Assembly: GCA_044376115.1 (NCBI GenBank)
Contig: JBILLK010000028.1
Location: forward strand, 64,001-128,000
DNA: 64,000 nucleotides
Source: Polyangiaceae bacterium
Lineage (GTDB): Bacteria > Myxococcota_A > Polyangia > Polyangiales > Polyangiaceae
Reading direction: 5' to 3'
How positions within the stretch are numbered: the stretch's first letter is position 1; each line of letters opens with the position of its first letter. A program made the position numbers and the translations under genes. Shown here in pieces: positions 23,541 through 32,765 of this stretch. The notes under the pieces were generated by a model. The model ran no database searches. It was not told the DNA's origin and saw only the letters and a list, made by a program, of their open reading frames with translations.

Positions 23541-24169
23541 TGAAACTGTACAGCTCCGTCACTTCACCGTTCGTCCGCAAAGTCCTCGTGGTTGGGCACG
23601 AACTCGGCCTTGCCGATCAGCTCGAGGTCGTGCCCGTCGTGCTCAGCCCTACCGCCGCCGACGCAGCGCTCAACCAGCGAAACCCGCTGGGCAAGATCCC
23701 AACGCTCGAGCTCGAAGACGGCACCATGCTGTTTGATTCGCGCGTGATCGTGACGCACCTGTTGACCCTCTCCGACAAAGGCGAGCAATTGTTACCACGT
23801 GGCAAGAAGGGGCTGCTCACGTTGCGTGCCGAGGCTGCAGCAGACGGTCTCTTGGATGCCGGGATCCTCTCTCGCTACGAGACCGTGTTGCGGCCGGAGC
23901 AGTTCCGCTGGAGCGCGTGGGTCGACGGGCAATGCGACAAAGTCGAGCGCTCCTTGCGCTGGCTCGAACAGAACGTCGATACCAGCGGGCCCAACTTCGA
24001 CCTCGCGCAAATCGCCACCGCTTGCGCGCTCGGCTGGTTGCAGTTCCGCAAGCCGCTCAACGACCGATCGCAAGGTGAGCGCAACATGGAGGTGATCGCG
24101 CCCAAGCTCTTCAGCTGGTTCGAGAGCCTGCGCAGCCGACCGAGCCTAGCCGCGACCGAGCCTCACTGA
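23537..24169 (+). CDS. Glutathione S-transferase family protein
   Basis: SPFVRKV, NPLGKIPTL, FDSRVI; ATGA overlap with uvrA. Confidence 0.93.
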   Translation: MMKLYSSVTSPFVRKVLVVGHELGLADQLEVVPVVLSPTAADAALNQRNPLGKIPTLELEDGTMLFDSRVIVTHLLTLSDKGEQLLPRGKKGLLTLRAEAAADGLLDAGILSRYETVLRPEQFRWSAWVDGQCDKVERSLRWLEQNVDTSGPNFDLAQIATACALGWLQFRKPLNDRSQGERNMEVIAPKLFSWFESLRSRPSLAATEPH

Positions 24170-26409
24170 AGCGCGCCCCAAATTCGCAACGCCGCCGAGG
24201 TCTCGTCGTCGAGCTCCACCGTCTCACGCTCGAAGCGCACGGCCTTCGCGCGGCGTTCGAAGTCAGCGTGGCGCTGCCGCAAGGCGGCTGACACCAGCGG
24301 CAACACTGGACGCCGATCGAAGCTGCAACTCCAATCGATCGATAGGTCGCAGATCTGCGAGAAAGACCCTGATTTCTCGCGCAGTAGGTACTGATCCCAG
24401 CGTGCGGTGTGCGTCTCACCGAACAACGCGTAACGCACGCCCGTGGTGTCGAGCGCGAGCCCCGAGGTCACCTTGTATAGGTCCCGCCCCCACGCCCCTC
24501 GCAGTGGAACGCCCAAAGCACCCGCGAGCGTGGTCGCCACGTCCTCCGTCGCGGTCGGCTCTTCCACCACGCGGCCCTCGGCCAAGTCCGAGGGATAGGC
24601 GATGTAAAGCGGCGCTTTGAGCGACGCCTCATCGAACGGTAGTTCTTCGGGGAAGTAGGTATCGACGCCGCTCGAGATATCGTTGGTCACGACCAAAAGC
24701 GACTTCTCCTCGACGTTGGCTAGCGCCTCGAGCAGCTTGCCGAAGGCTGCGTCTTGCTCCGCGAGCGCAAGCTGGTGCAACGCCTCCACACGAATGCGAT
24801 CCCCCTCGGGGAGGCGCACGCGCTTCTTCTTGCGCCTCAGCGACGCGAGTTGCTGACCGGCCCGCCGAGGTTGAATGTCCCCGGTGTATTTTTCGGGCGG
24901 TAGAGAGTCCACCTGCTTGGGCGTTGGCGCCCACGGTGGATGGCCGCCCTCGGCATGAACCACGAGAAAGATACGCGCTGTCGGCTCACGCTCGAGCGTC
25001 GACGTGACGAAGGAGGCCGCCTCGAGCAAAGCACTGCGTGACTCGCCCTCGGCCGGCGAGATCGAGACGAAGCGCGTCATCGATCGGTAGAAGCCGTACG
25101 GTCGGAAGGAGGTCGGGACGTCGGTAAAGAGCGCGGTTTGAATGCCCGCATCGCGCGCGCGTTGGGTGATGGTTGGAACGCCTTTGGGCAGCGCGGATCC
25201 GAGATCGGTCACGGTGTGAACCGCTGCAGGTAGGCCCGTCAGCAGCGTCGCCAAGTTGCCGCCTGCGGTGCTGACCGAGGCTCGATGTTGCGTGTACACC
25301 GTCGCGCTGTCGGCGAACTTCGCGAGGTTGTCGAGGTGATGCACCGGCTTGTCGCCGTAGCCGGGCAACTCATCGCGCGTGACGCCACCCCAGAGCACCA
25401 AGACCACCACTTGTGCCGAGGGAACCGGCTGCGGTTCACGCGTGGAGACCAGCAGGCTGGGATCTCCGAACAGCACGCGACTGCCTTTGGTCGCCGACAT
25501 CGCCTTGAACTCGAGGTGAACGATCTCCCCTGCGAAGGGATCGAGTGGGGCGTCCATGTCCTCCCAGCCCTCGCTCGGCTTGAGATGCCGCTTGAGCAAC
25601 GAGATCGGCGCTTTGCCGTCTCGCCGCAGCACCACCTCAGCGTCCCCTTCGCCGTTGCCGAGCAGTCCCAACGCCGTTCGCAATCTTGCTCCCTTGGGCA
25701 CGCGCAACGAACAGCGCACCGTCGTTGGCGTGCGCAAACGCAACGCCCGGTGTGGCGTCTTACCAATCACAGCATCGGCCTGTAGGACGTCGGCGAGAGT
25801 CGGGGCACCGTAGGTGCTGTCTTCATCATCGGGCCAGCCGATGCGCAGCCAATCGACCATCGCCAAGGCCTCGCTCGTGCGAGGTTTCCCGCGAAACCGG
25901 ATCAGCACCTTGTGTTCACCTGCGTCGAACGGCTCCAAGCTGGTCGCGGTGGTGACGGTGCGTGCATCGGCTCCGCTGAACTTGGCCGAACCAAGCGGGA
26001 CACCGTCGATGTAGAGAGCGACGCCCTTGCTAGCGAGCGGTGCGATGCGCGCGCTCAGGAACAGGTTCTTGGGCTCGACCAAGGTGAAGGTCGCCGTAAG
26101 CTCGTTGTCGACGATGGTGCTCCAAGTTGCTCCGTTGCGTTCAACGGCCTCGAGCTCCGAGGCGGTCTCGACGCGACCGACCATACCCTCGGTGCCGAAG
26201 TCGATCGCTACGCCGCGGTGCTCGATCGTGCAGGAAGGGACTTCGTCGAAGAAGGAGAGCAACGTGCGATCCTGAACCGGGCCATCCCCGTAGCCCGGTT
26301 CATTCGGGGACGCGGAGGTCCGCGTTCCCGGCTGCGATTCGGAGTTGCTGCTACACGCGACGAGGAGCCCAGCGGCGAGCGCAAGGCTACCTGCCTTCAG
26401 CGTTGCCAA
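24163..26409 (-). CDS. Sulfatase/alkaline-phosphatase-fold lipoprotein (degenerate active site)
   Basis: Lipobox LVAC; ATLLTG, FLVVH...HPPW, APL, EDVATTLA; no CxPxR motif. Confidence 0.75.
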   Translation of the reverse strand: MATLKAGSLALAAGLLVACSSNSESQPGTRTSASPNEPGYGDGPVQDRTLLSFFDEVPSCTIEHRGVAIDFGTEGMVGRVETASELEAVERNGATWSTIVDNELTATFTLVEPKNLFLSARIAPLASKGVALYIDGVPLGSAKFSGADARTVTTATSLEPFDAGEHKVLIRFRGKPRTSEALAMVDWLRIGWPDDEDSTYGAPTLADVLQADAVIGKTPHRALRLRTPTTVRCSLRVPKGARLRTALGLLGNGEGDAEVVLRRDGKAPISLLKRHLKPSEGWEDMDAPLDPFAGEIVHLEFKAMSATKGSRVLFGDPSLLVSTREPQPVPSAQVVVLVLWGGVTRDELPGYGDKPVHHLDNLAKFADSATVYTQHRASVSTAGGNLATLLTGLPAAVHTVTDLGSALPKGVPTITQRARDAGIQTALFTDVPTSFRPYGFYRSMTRFVSISPAEGESRSALLEAASFVTSTLEREPTARIFLVVHAEGGHPPWAPTPKQVDSLPPEKYTGDIQPRRAGQQLASLRRKKKRVRLPEGDRIRVEALHQLALAEQDAAFGKLLEALANVEEKSLLVVTNDISSGVDTYFPEELPFDEASLKAPLYIAYPSDLAEGRVVEEPTATEDVATTLAGALGVPLRGAWGRDLYKVTSGLALDTTGVRYALFGETHTARWDQYLLREKSGSFSQICDLSIDWSCSFDRRPVLPLVSAALRQRHADFERRAKAVRFERETVELDDETSAALRIWGALQ

Positions 26410-29400
26410 GGCGGCGCAAGCCGAATGCGAACCAGCTTGTCCTCTTTCACCTGAACGAAACGTGACCGCTCCTCTCCTCGGGTCTTGATGCGGATCTCGT
26501 ACGGATCCGCCTTGGCCTTGAGTTGTACGGCTGCAATCGGACCGGAGCCAATGGGTTTTCCGTCGACCAGGATGGTGTCGGTCTTTCCGGCCACGACCTC
26601 GAGCAAACCATGGCCCTTCTTTACCTTGTCGTTGCTGCGGAGAGGAAGCTCCTCAGGCTGCGGATCGGCGGTGCGGCCGAGCGAAGGCTCGCTGCGCGTC
26701 GCTTGATCGGAGCCCTCTTCCAACGGCGCGTCGGTCTTGCTCAGGTTTGCGCTGCTTTGAGCCTCAGCGTTCTGCTCGCGCGCTTGGTCGGTCTGAGCGA
26801 ACAGCTCCGCTTCGCTCGGTCGCGTACTCTCGCGAGCCCAACGCGCCCAAATCGCAAAGCCGATGCCGAGCAGCGCGAAGGCCACCCAGTAGACCGACTT
26901 GTAGTCGCGCTTGTAGGGCGCCATCGGCGGCAAGTAGGCCGAGGGCAGCGGTACGCGCGGCGAGACTTCGCCAGCGTCGCGATTGCGTTCTTTGACCTCG
27001 GAAGGCGACGGGCTCTTCTTGACGTTCTTCGGCTTGGGCGTCTCGACGCGTGCGGGCGCAGACTCGCTGACCTCCGGCGGGTGCAGAGATCCGAGCGTCA
27101 ACATCGGCTTCACGCCTGGCGGTAGCGGCAGCTGACTCGGCGTCGGCGTCAGTTCGAGTTCACGCTCGCGTGAGGGCTTCGCAGCCGCAGCGCGCTTGGC
27201 TTCGGCCTTGACCACCGGCGGCTTGCGGCTCTCCTCCACGCGAAAGAGCGCGTCGGGCAACGGCGAGAGCGTGATGTCGATCGGGTTCGGCGTGAGCCGC
27301 GTGCCTGAAGGGGGTACCGGCGATTCGTAGGCTCGCGGAGCTTCCGAGTCGTTGGTCTGCACTGGAGCCGGCGAAGGAGAAAGAGGCTTGGCGTCGTTTG
27401 CTGGCGGGGCCGGCTCGGGCAACGGCGCTGCGGGCAGATCACCGAGCAAGCTCTGGTTGCCGGCCTCGTCGAGGAAGCTCGTGAGCATGCGCGGCTCGCT
27501 GGTGACGACCGGCGGAATCACGCTGGGCTCGGGCTCCGCGGGCTTGGTCGCAGCGCGCAGCAAATCGCCAGCCGAGCGCAGGTCCACCGAGATCGCCGGC
27601 ATCATCGCCGGAGCGTCCTGCGGCAGTGCGATGGGGGCGGTGATCACCGGCAGACGGGCCACTGGGTTGGCGCTGCGTTCACCGCGCAAGAGCGCGAGCT
27701 CCTCTTTGATCAAGCGCGGCAGCTGATCTTCGCCAGCGCCGTCAATCACCTGCACCACGGCTGCGTGCGAGGCGATGTCGAGCAGGATGTCCTCCAACAT
27801 GCGCGCCGAACTGCGGCCGGTGGTGAGCAGATCGCGCGGACAAGCGCCCTGCGACAAGGCCACCATCAACGAGCGCGCCGGCTCCGGCGTGGCCTGGAAG
27901 TACGAAAGCAGCGCGTCCTCATCCACCTCGACGCGGCCCACCCGCATCAGGTTCTCGCCGGTGAGCAGCGTCTGCGCCGAGCGCGCCGTCGCAATGATCG
28001 GCGCAAGTTGGTCGAGCAGTTTGCCGGCGAGCTCCGGCTTGGTGAGCCCCACGTCACGTTCGGCCTTGGGCGTACTCACCGAGAAGCGGCCATCACCGAC
28101 ACCGAGCAGCGCGGCCAGTACGCTGGGCCCGCGATCGAAGGTTCCGGACAGCGCAGTGCGCGTCGCACGCACCGGTCGCGAGGCCCGCACATCGACCTCG
28201 TAAAGATACGAAGCGTCGCGCACCGTCAGCGTCGCCTCTTCGCGGTGCTCGCACACGACGTTCATCAGCGAGAAAGTGGTCAAGCCGTCGAGCCGGCCGC
28301 GCACGTCGGTGCCCGAACGGATGCGCTGGCGAATGCGCGCGCGCGGCCGCACCAGCTCGCGCACGCGCTGAACGATGGTGCCGGCGCTGGCTTCTTTGCG
28401 CAGATAGCCGTCCACGTCGGCGCCGAGCTCGCGCACACGCTGCAATAGGTCTTCCTTCCACGAGAGCAGCACGATCGGCACGTCGCGCAACACGATGTCG
28501 TGACGCAGCGCTCGCGAAAGGCCGAAGCCATCGAGCTTGGGCATCAGGATGTCGCTGATCACCAGGTCGGGTCCGACGTGTTTGGCGATCTCGAGCGCTC
28601 GTTGACCATCGCGAGCTTCGTACACGACAGCACCGGCGGTCTTTAAAACGCCCGCAAGGAACCAGCAAACCGCGGCATCGTCATCGACGACCAACACCTT
28701 CATGCCGTCGAGCGAACGTTCTTCATCGCTGCGCGAAGAGCGCGTCGGCGTACGGCGGGTATCGCGATCGTTGGTCTCCTCGAGCCACGGCGCGAACGGC
28801 ACTGCGCCTTCCGGCCCACCCATCGCAAAGCGCGTTTGGCCTTGCGTGCGGATGGTCACGAGGTCGCGGATGCGCGCGACTGCGCCCCACAGCGCCGCGA
28901 GCACCTCGGTGCCTTCACCCAACGTAATGGCTCGGTTGCGCGCCGAAGGATCGGCCGCATCGCAAAGCCCACGATGAAGTTCTTCTGCCAGCCGCGCACC
29001 CAGCTGATCGATCGTGAGATCGCCGAGCGGTTCACGCGTGGTCTCGCGTCGCACATAGCTCGTGATCACGCTAGCGCAGGCGCGGCGCAGCTCGCCCGGC
29101 GAGACCGGCTTGGGCAGCACCTTGGCTACGCCCAACGCCAAATACGGCCCGGCATCATCGGTGCGCGAGACGCGCATGATCACCAGCACCGGTACCGACT
29201 CGGTCAGCGGATCCGATACCAAGCTCGAGACCAGTCGCTTGGCGTTCGGTAGATCGGCGTCCACGATCACGAGGTCGGGAGCGAGCGCCCGCGCGACGTC
29301 CATCGCCACCGAGGGATCGGCGGTCGACTCGATCTCGAAGGCTTGGCTCTCTGATTTGCCGGGCTCACCGAGGCTGGCGGCGAGCGTGGCGTTGCCCACG

Positions 29401-29855
29401 CACAACACGCTGATCGGCGCTTGGTGTGGCTCTTCGGCAGCGGCCTCGCTGATCACGCCCTCGGGCCCGAGCACGCGCACCGGCGCGGTGACGTTGGTCT
29501 GACCCCACGCTAGCGAGGTCATCTGCGCAATCAGGGTGCGGGTGAGCTCGAGATCATTCGGCTCGAGTTCCCCTCGTTGGGCTGCTGCACCCAAAGCCTC
29601 TTCAACTGTGCGCAGCTCGTCGGAGAGCGCCTGGAAGCGCAAGAGTTTGGCGCCGGCACCGAGCGCGTGGATCTTGCGGCGCATCTCGTCACGCGGGCGC
29701 TTGGCCTTTGGATCGGCAGCCAGCGCCTCATACAGCGACTTGAGCTCCGACCGTCTCCTGCCGAGACCAGCGACGAAGTCAGCTCTCGCACCCGAAAGTC
29801 GCTCCGCGGGGGGAGCTTCATTCGGTTTGGCCTGCGCCGCGTTCTCAGCACTCAT
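26397..29855 (-). CDS. Multi-domain response regulator (Hpt-like, two REC domains, DUF4388-like, Pro-rich linker, TM, PEGA-like tail)
   Basis: KIHALGAGA (Hpt-like), PDLVIVDADLP, VLVVDDD...PDLVISDILMPKLDG, RGRL; TM near the C-terminus. Start could be 29855 or 29864. Confidence 0.85.
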   Translation of the reverse strand: MSAENAAQAKPNEAPPAERLSGARADFVAGLGRRRSELKSLYEALAADPKAKRPRDEMRRKIHALGAGAKLLRFQALSDELRTVEEALGAAAQRGELEPNDLELTRTLIAQMTSLAWGQTNVTAPVRVLGPEGVISEAAAEEPHQAPISVLCVGNATLAASLGEPGKSESQAFEIESTADPSVAMDVARALAPDLVIVDADLPNAKRLVSSLVSDPLTESVPVLVIMRVSRTDDAGPYLALGVAKVLPKPVSPGELRRACASVITSYVRRETTREPLGDLTIDQLGARLAEELHRGLCDAADPSARNRAITLGEGTEVLAALWGAVARIRDLVTIRTQGQTRFAMGGPEGAVPFAPWLEETNDRDTRRTPTRSSRSDEERSLDGMKVLVVDDDAAVCWFLAGVLKTAGAVVYEARDGQRALEIAKHVGPDLVISDILMPKLDGFGLSRALRHDIVLRDVPIVLLSWKEDLLQRVRELGADVDGYLRKEASAGTIVQRVRELVRPRARIRQRIRSGTDVRGRLDGLTTFSLMNVVCEHREEATLTVRDASYLYEVDVRASRPVRATRTALSGTFDRGPSVLAALLGVGDGRFSVSTPKAERDVGLTKPELAGKLLDQLAPIIATARSAQTLLTGENLMRVGRVEVDEDALLSYFQATPEPARSLMVALSQGACPRDLLTTGRSSARMLEDILLDIASHAAVVQVIDGAGEDQLPRLIKEELALLRGERSANPVARLPVITAPIALPQDAPAMMPAISVDLRSAGDLLRAATKPAEPEPSVIPPVVTSEPRMLTSFLDEAGNQSLLGDLPAAPLPEPAPPANDAKPLSPSPAPVQTNDSEAPRAYESPVPPSGTRLTPNPIDITLSPLPDALFRVEESRKPPVVKAEAKRAAAAKPSRERELELTPTPSQLPLPPGVKPMLTLGSLHPPEVSESAPARVETPKPKNVKKSPSPSEVKERNRDAGEVSPRVPLPSAYLPPMAPYKRDYKSVYWVAFALLGIGFAIWARWARESTRPSEAELFAQTDQAREQNAEAQSSANLSKTDAPLEEGSDQATRSEPSLGRTADPQPEELPLRSNDKVKKGHGLLEVVAGKTDTILVDGKPIGSGPIAAVQLKAKADPYEIRIKTRGEERSRFVQVKEDKLVRIRLAPPWQR

Positions 29856-29940
29856 CGTACCCATCGCACCGGCGGCTATCATGCGGGGAGGAGAACAGCC
29901 CAATTTGTGGCGAACGGTGCGGCGTCCTATGCTGCCGCCG

Positions 29941-31101
29941 ATGTCGCGCCAGCGCACCGCGGTTAGCCCCTATTTCCAGCGATTATTGGCTGCTTTTGTG
30001 TTGCCTTTGGGGCTGCTCGGTTGTCCTTCGGCTGAGCCGACGAGCAGCGCCGAGAGCGCCACGGCCAGCGCTACCCCGGCGAAGGCAAGCGGCCCCCTCC
30101 CGCTCGCGCCGTCAGCGGTAACGGCGCCGAGCGCCAGCCTCAGCGCCGCACCCAGCGCCTCAGCGAGCGCGACCCCCAGCGCGGCCACGCCAACAGCCGG
30201 GCGCGCCACCGTAGCCTTCGTCGGCGATATCTCGCTCTCCATGCACGTCGCCGCGTACATGAACCCGCCGGAGGGCAAGCCGTCCGAGGTGGAGCCTGGC
30301 TTTCCCTTCGCCGCCGTCGCCAGCAAGCTCCGCAGCTACGACTACTTGGTCGGCAACCTCGAGTGCGTGGTGGCCAATCGCGGCAAGCCCACCATCCCGC
30401 TACCCCTCGTAGCGCCGCTGCATTCCCCCACCGTCTTGCTCGACGCTGGCTTCGATCTCGTTTCGGTCGCCAACAACCACGTCGAGGATCTTGGCAAAGA
30501 CGGCTACACCGACATGTTGAAGCGGCTGACCGAGGCCAAGCTTCCGTACGTCGGCGGCTATCTCGTGGATGACTCGCAGGACCCGATGGTCGTGACCGAG
30601 GTGAACGGCATCAAGATCGCCGTACTCGGCTACTTCAACCGCAAGACCGAGCAGACCTATCGCGACCTCGAGCGCGCCAAACAACTCGCCGACGTGGTGC
30701 TCGTGTATCTGCATTGGGGCATCGACTTCAGCCCGCATCCCACGCGCTTTCAACGTCAATGGGGTCGCGCCCTGATCGACCACGGAGCCTCTGCGGTGAT
30801 CGGCGCTCACTCGCACATCATCCAGCCGGAGGAGATCTACAAAGGCAAGCTGATCGCGCACAGCCTCGGCAACTTCGTCTTCTCCGGCATGGTCAAACGC
30901 GGCTCGCAAGACAGCGCCATCCTGGAGCTCGAGGTGGACAAGAGCGGCATCGTTTCCCACCGCTACCAACCGATCTCGATCGATGAACGTGGAGCCCCCA
31001 GCCTGAATGGCCCGCCAACCGCCGAGCCCCCGCTCACACCGGATCGGCCTCGACCGTTGACCGCCCTCGGCAAGCCGATCGACTTCAGCGCGATCCGCTG
31101 A
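29941..31101 (+). CDS. CapA/PgsA family metallophosphoesterase lipoprotein
   Basis: Lipobox LLGC; FVGD, GNLE, SVANNH..D, LHWG, GAHSH, HSLGNFVF. Confidence 0.92.
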   Translation: MSRQRTAVSPYFQRLLAAFVLPLGLLGCPSAEPTSSAESATASATPAKASGPLPLAPSAVTAPSASLSAAPSASASATPSAATPTAGRATVAFVGDISLSMHVAAYMNPPEGKPSEVEPGFPFAAVASKLRSYDYLVGNLECVVANRGKPTIPLPLVAPLHSPTVLLDAGFDLVSVANNHVEDLGKDGYTDMLKRLTEAKLPYVGGYLVDDSQDPMVVTEVNGIKIAVLGYFNRKTEQTYRDLERAKQLADVVLVYLHWGIDFSPHPTRFQRQWGRALIDHGASAVIGAHSHIIQPEEIYKGKLIAHSLGNFVFSGMVKRGSQDSAILELEVDKSGIVSHRYQPISIDERGAPSLNGPPTAEPPLTPDRPRPLTALGKPIDFSAIR

Positions 31102-31161
31102 GCGACTGCGAACTCGCCGATCGGGTCGCGACCTCGAACCGTTTGGCTTGGCTCAACACCG

Positions 31162-31225
31162 TGTCAACCGCCGGTTGTCGAGTGTAAACCTGGAGGTGAC
31201 AGTCGGTGTCGCAGAGCCGTTGACA
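31162..31225. promoter_or_regulatory. Three tandem 19-bp imperfect palindromes (consensus TGTCAAC-N5-GTTGACA); putative enhancer (UAS)
   Basis: TGTCAAC-cgccg-GTTGTCG (31162-31180), TGTAAAC-ctgga-GGTGACA (31183-31201), TGTCGCA-gagcc-GTTGACA (31207-31225). Confidence 0.7.
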
Positions 31226-31274
31226 CGCTCCGACGTGACCCTGCATTCCCGCCGAATTCGGGGTCGACTCGCAT

Positions 31275-31290
31275 CGGCACTAGGCTTGCT
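31275..31290 (+). promoter_or_regulatory. Sigma54 -24/-12 promoter
   Basis: CGGCACTAGGCTTGCT matches TGGCAC-N5-TTGCW; lies 11 nt before GTG 31302. Confidence 0.75.
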
Positions 31291-31301
31291 GGGAGGGCAA
31301 G

Positions 31302-32765
31302 GTGCGCTTCCACCCTCTTTCTCTTTGCCTCCTTATGTTCAGCTCGGTGAGCTGCAGCGATGAGACCAACCCATCGCCGGAGCCTGAGCCTGAGCCGTCG
31401 TTGACCCCGGTCTCGAGCGAGTTGCCGGCTGTCGATTCGGTGGAGACCTGCCAGCCGCTGAACAGCGGTGAGCGCTTGGTCTCGGTCTCGCCGGAGGGTC
31501 AGGCTTGGCTGGCCTCCCCGACGGAGGGTGGTACTCGCCTGCGCGTGCTGGATCTTTTCTCCGGCGAGCTGGTCGAGACCACGCAAGAGCTGCCGATCAG
31601 CACCTTGTCGCAATTGCGCAGCTGGTCGGCAAACGAGGCCTCGCTGATCGCCGATGGTCACTTTTATGAGCTCAGCGAAGCCGGTCGCTTCGACCTCACG
31701 CCGCCTGCCGGCCTCGTAGATGGCGCAACCTTCTGTGGCTCGCTCGATAGCAACGGCTTCGTGCTCGCAGGCGGTGAGCTGTCGGAGCTGCGCGCCGACG
31801 GCCAGTGGTGGAGCTTCTCGGCAGCAACCGATGGTACCTTCGCGCAGCTCGTCGCCGCCGAGGGCGAGTGCCTAACGCGCGACAATTCGCTCTGGCTCAC
31901 CAGCGCAGCCGGTGAACTCGTCGAGGTGACGCCCACCCACTTCACCGCGCTGAAGAGCTTCGTCGAGCTGCGGGAGGCCGCCATCCTGGACGCGAACGTG
32001 CTCACGATCGATGCGCGTGGTCTCTGGGTCGGCCCGCGCGAATGGAGTGGCTACAGCTTCGGTGCGGCGCCGGAGCGTTTGGTCGCTGCGGCTGGCTACG
32101 CCTTCGTCAAAGTCGGAGAGCGGCTGCTGCGCTTCGACGGAACCAACTTCGCCGAACTCGAGAGCGAGCTCAGCGCACCGACGACGATGCAGCCCTACGC
32201 TGGCGGCTTGTGGCTCGCCGATGACGCAAAGCTCTGTCACCACAGCTTCGGTGCGTCGGCACGTCTCAGCGGCTTGCGGCCCAACGAGCGCGTGCTCGAA
32301 GACAGCTCCGAGCTAACGGTCGCGGCGAGCGCGGACCTCTCCACGCCGACCGTAAGCGTCGATGGGGTCGAGACCACGCTGACCACCGACGCAGAGACCG
32401 GCGTTGCGAGCGCAACCGTCACCTGGACCAGCGTCGGGTGGCATGAACTGACCGTCGATAGCGAGTCGGGAGAACGGCTGCGCACCGTTTGGGTCAAGCG
32501 CGTCCCGGAGATCGAACGCAGCTTCGCCAAAGACGTTTTCCCGCTCTACGAAGCCACCTGCGCCAACAGCGGCTGCCACGGTGGCGCCGATCCCAAAGGC
32601 TCGGACCTCTCGACGTTCGAGGCTTGGCAAGCCAAAGCCGCACAGATTCGCACCCGCGTCGTCGATACCCGCACGATGCCACCCGCCGCCAATACACCCG
32701 CTTCCTGGAACGACGAGCAGATCGACGTCATCGCCCAGTGGCTCGAAGGAGGAATGCTTCCATGA
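31302..32765 (+). CDS. Lipoprotein with beta-rich region and C-terminal c-type cytochrome domain (CX4CH)
   Basis: Lipobox SVSC; SFAKDVFPLYEATCANSGCHGG...TMPP...IAQWLEGG follows the planctomycete-type cytochrome c layout. Confidence 0.8.
   Translation: MRFHPLSLCLLMFSSVSCSDETNPSPEPEPEPSLTPVSSELPAVDSVETCQPLNSGERLVSVSPEGQAWLASPTEGGTRLRVLDLFSGELVETTQELPISTLSQLRSWSANEASLIADGHFYELSEAGRFDLTPPAGLVDGATFCGSLDSNGFVLAGGELSELRADGQWWSFSAATDGTFAQLVAAEGECLTRDNSLWLTSAAGELVEVTPTHFTALKSFVELREAAILDANVLTIDARGLWVGPREWSGYSFGAAPERLVAAAGYAFVKVGERLLRFDGTNFAELESELSAPTTMQPYAGGLWLADDAKLCHHSFGASARLSGLRPNERVLEDSSELTVAASADLSTPTVSVDGVETTLTTDAETGVASATVTWTSVGWHELTVDSESGERLRTVWVKRVPEIERSFAKDVFPLYEATCANSGCHGGADPKGSDLSTFEAWQAKAAQIRTRVVDTRTMPPAANTPASWNDEQIDVIAQWLEGGMLP

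Noticed and set aside
23537..24169. maiA (maleylacetoacetate isomerase) as partner of hmgA
   Set aside because: Lacks the zeta-class SSxSxRVR motif (has SPFVRKV) and is coupled to uvrA.
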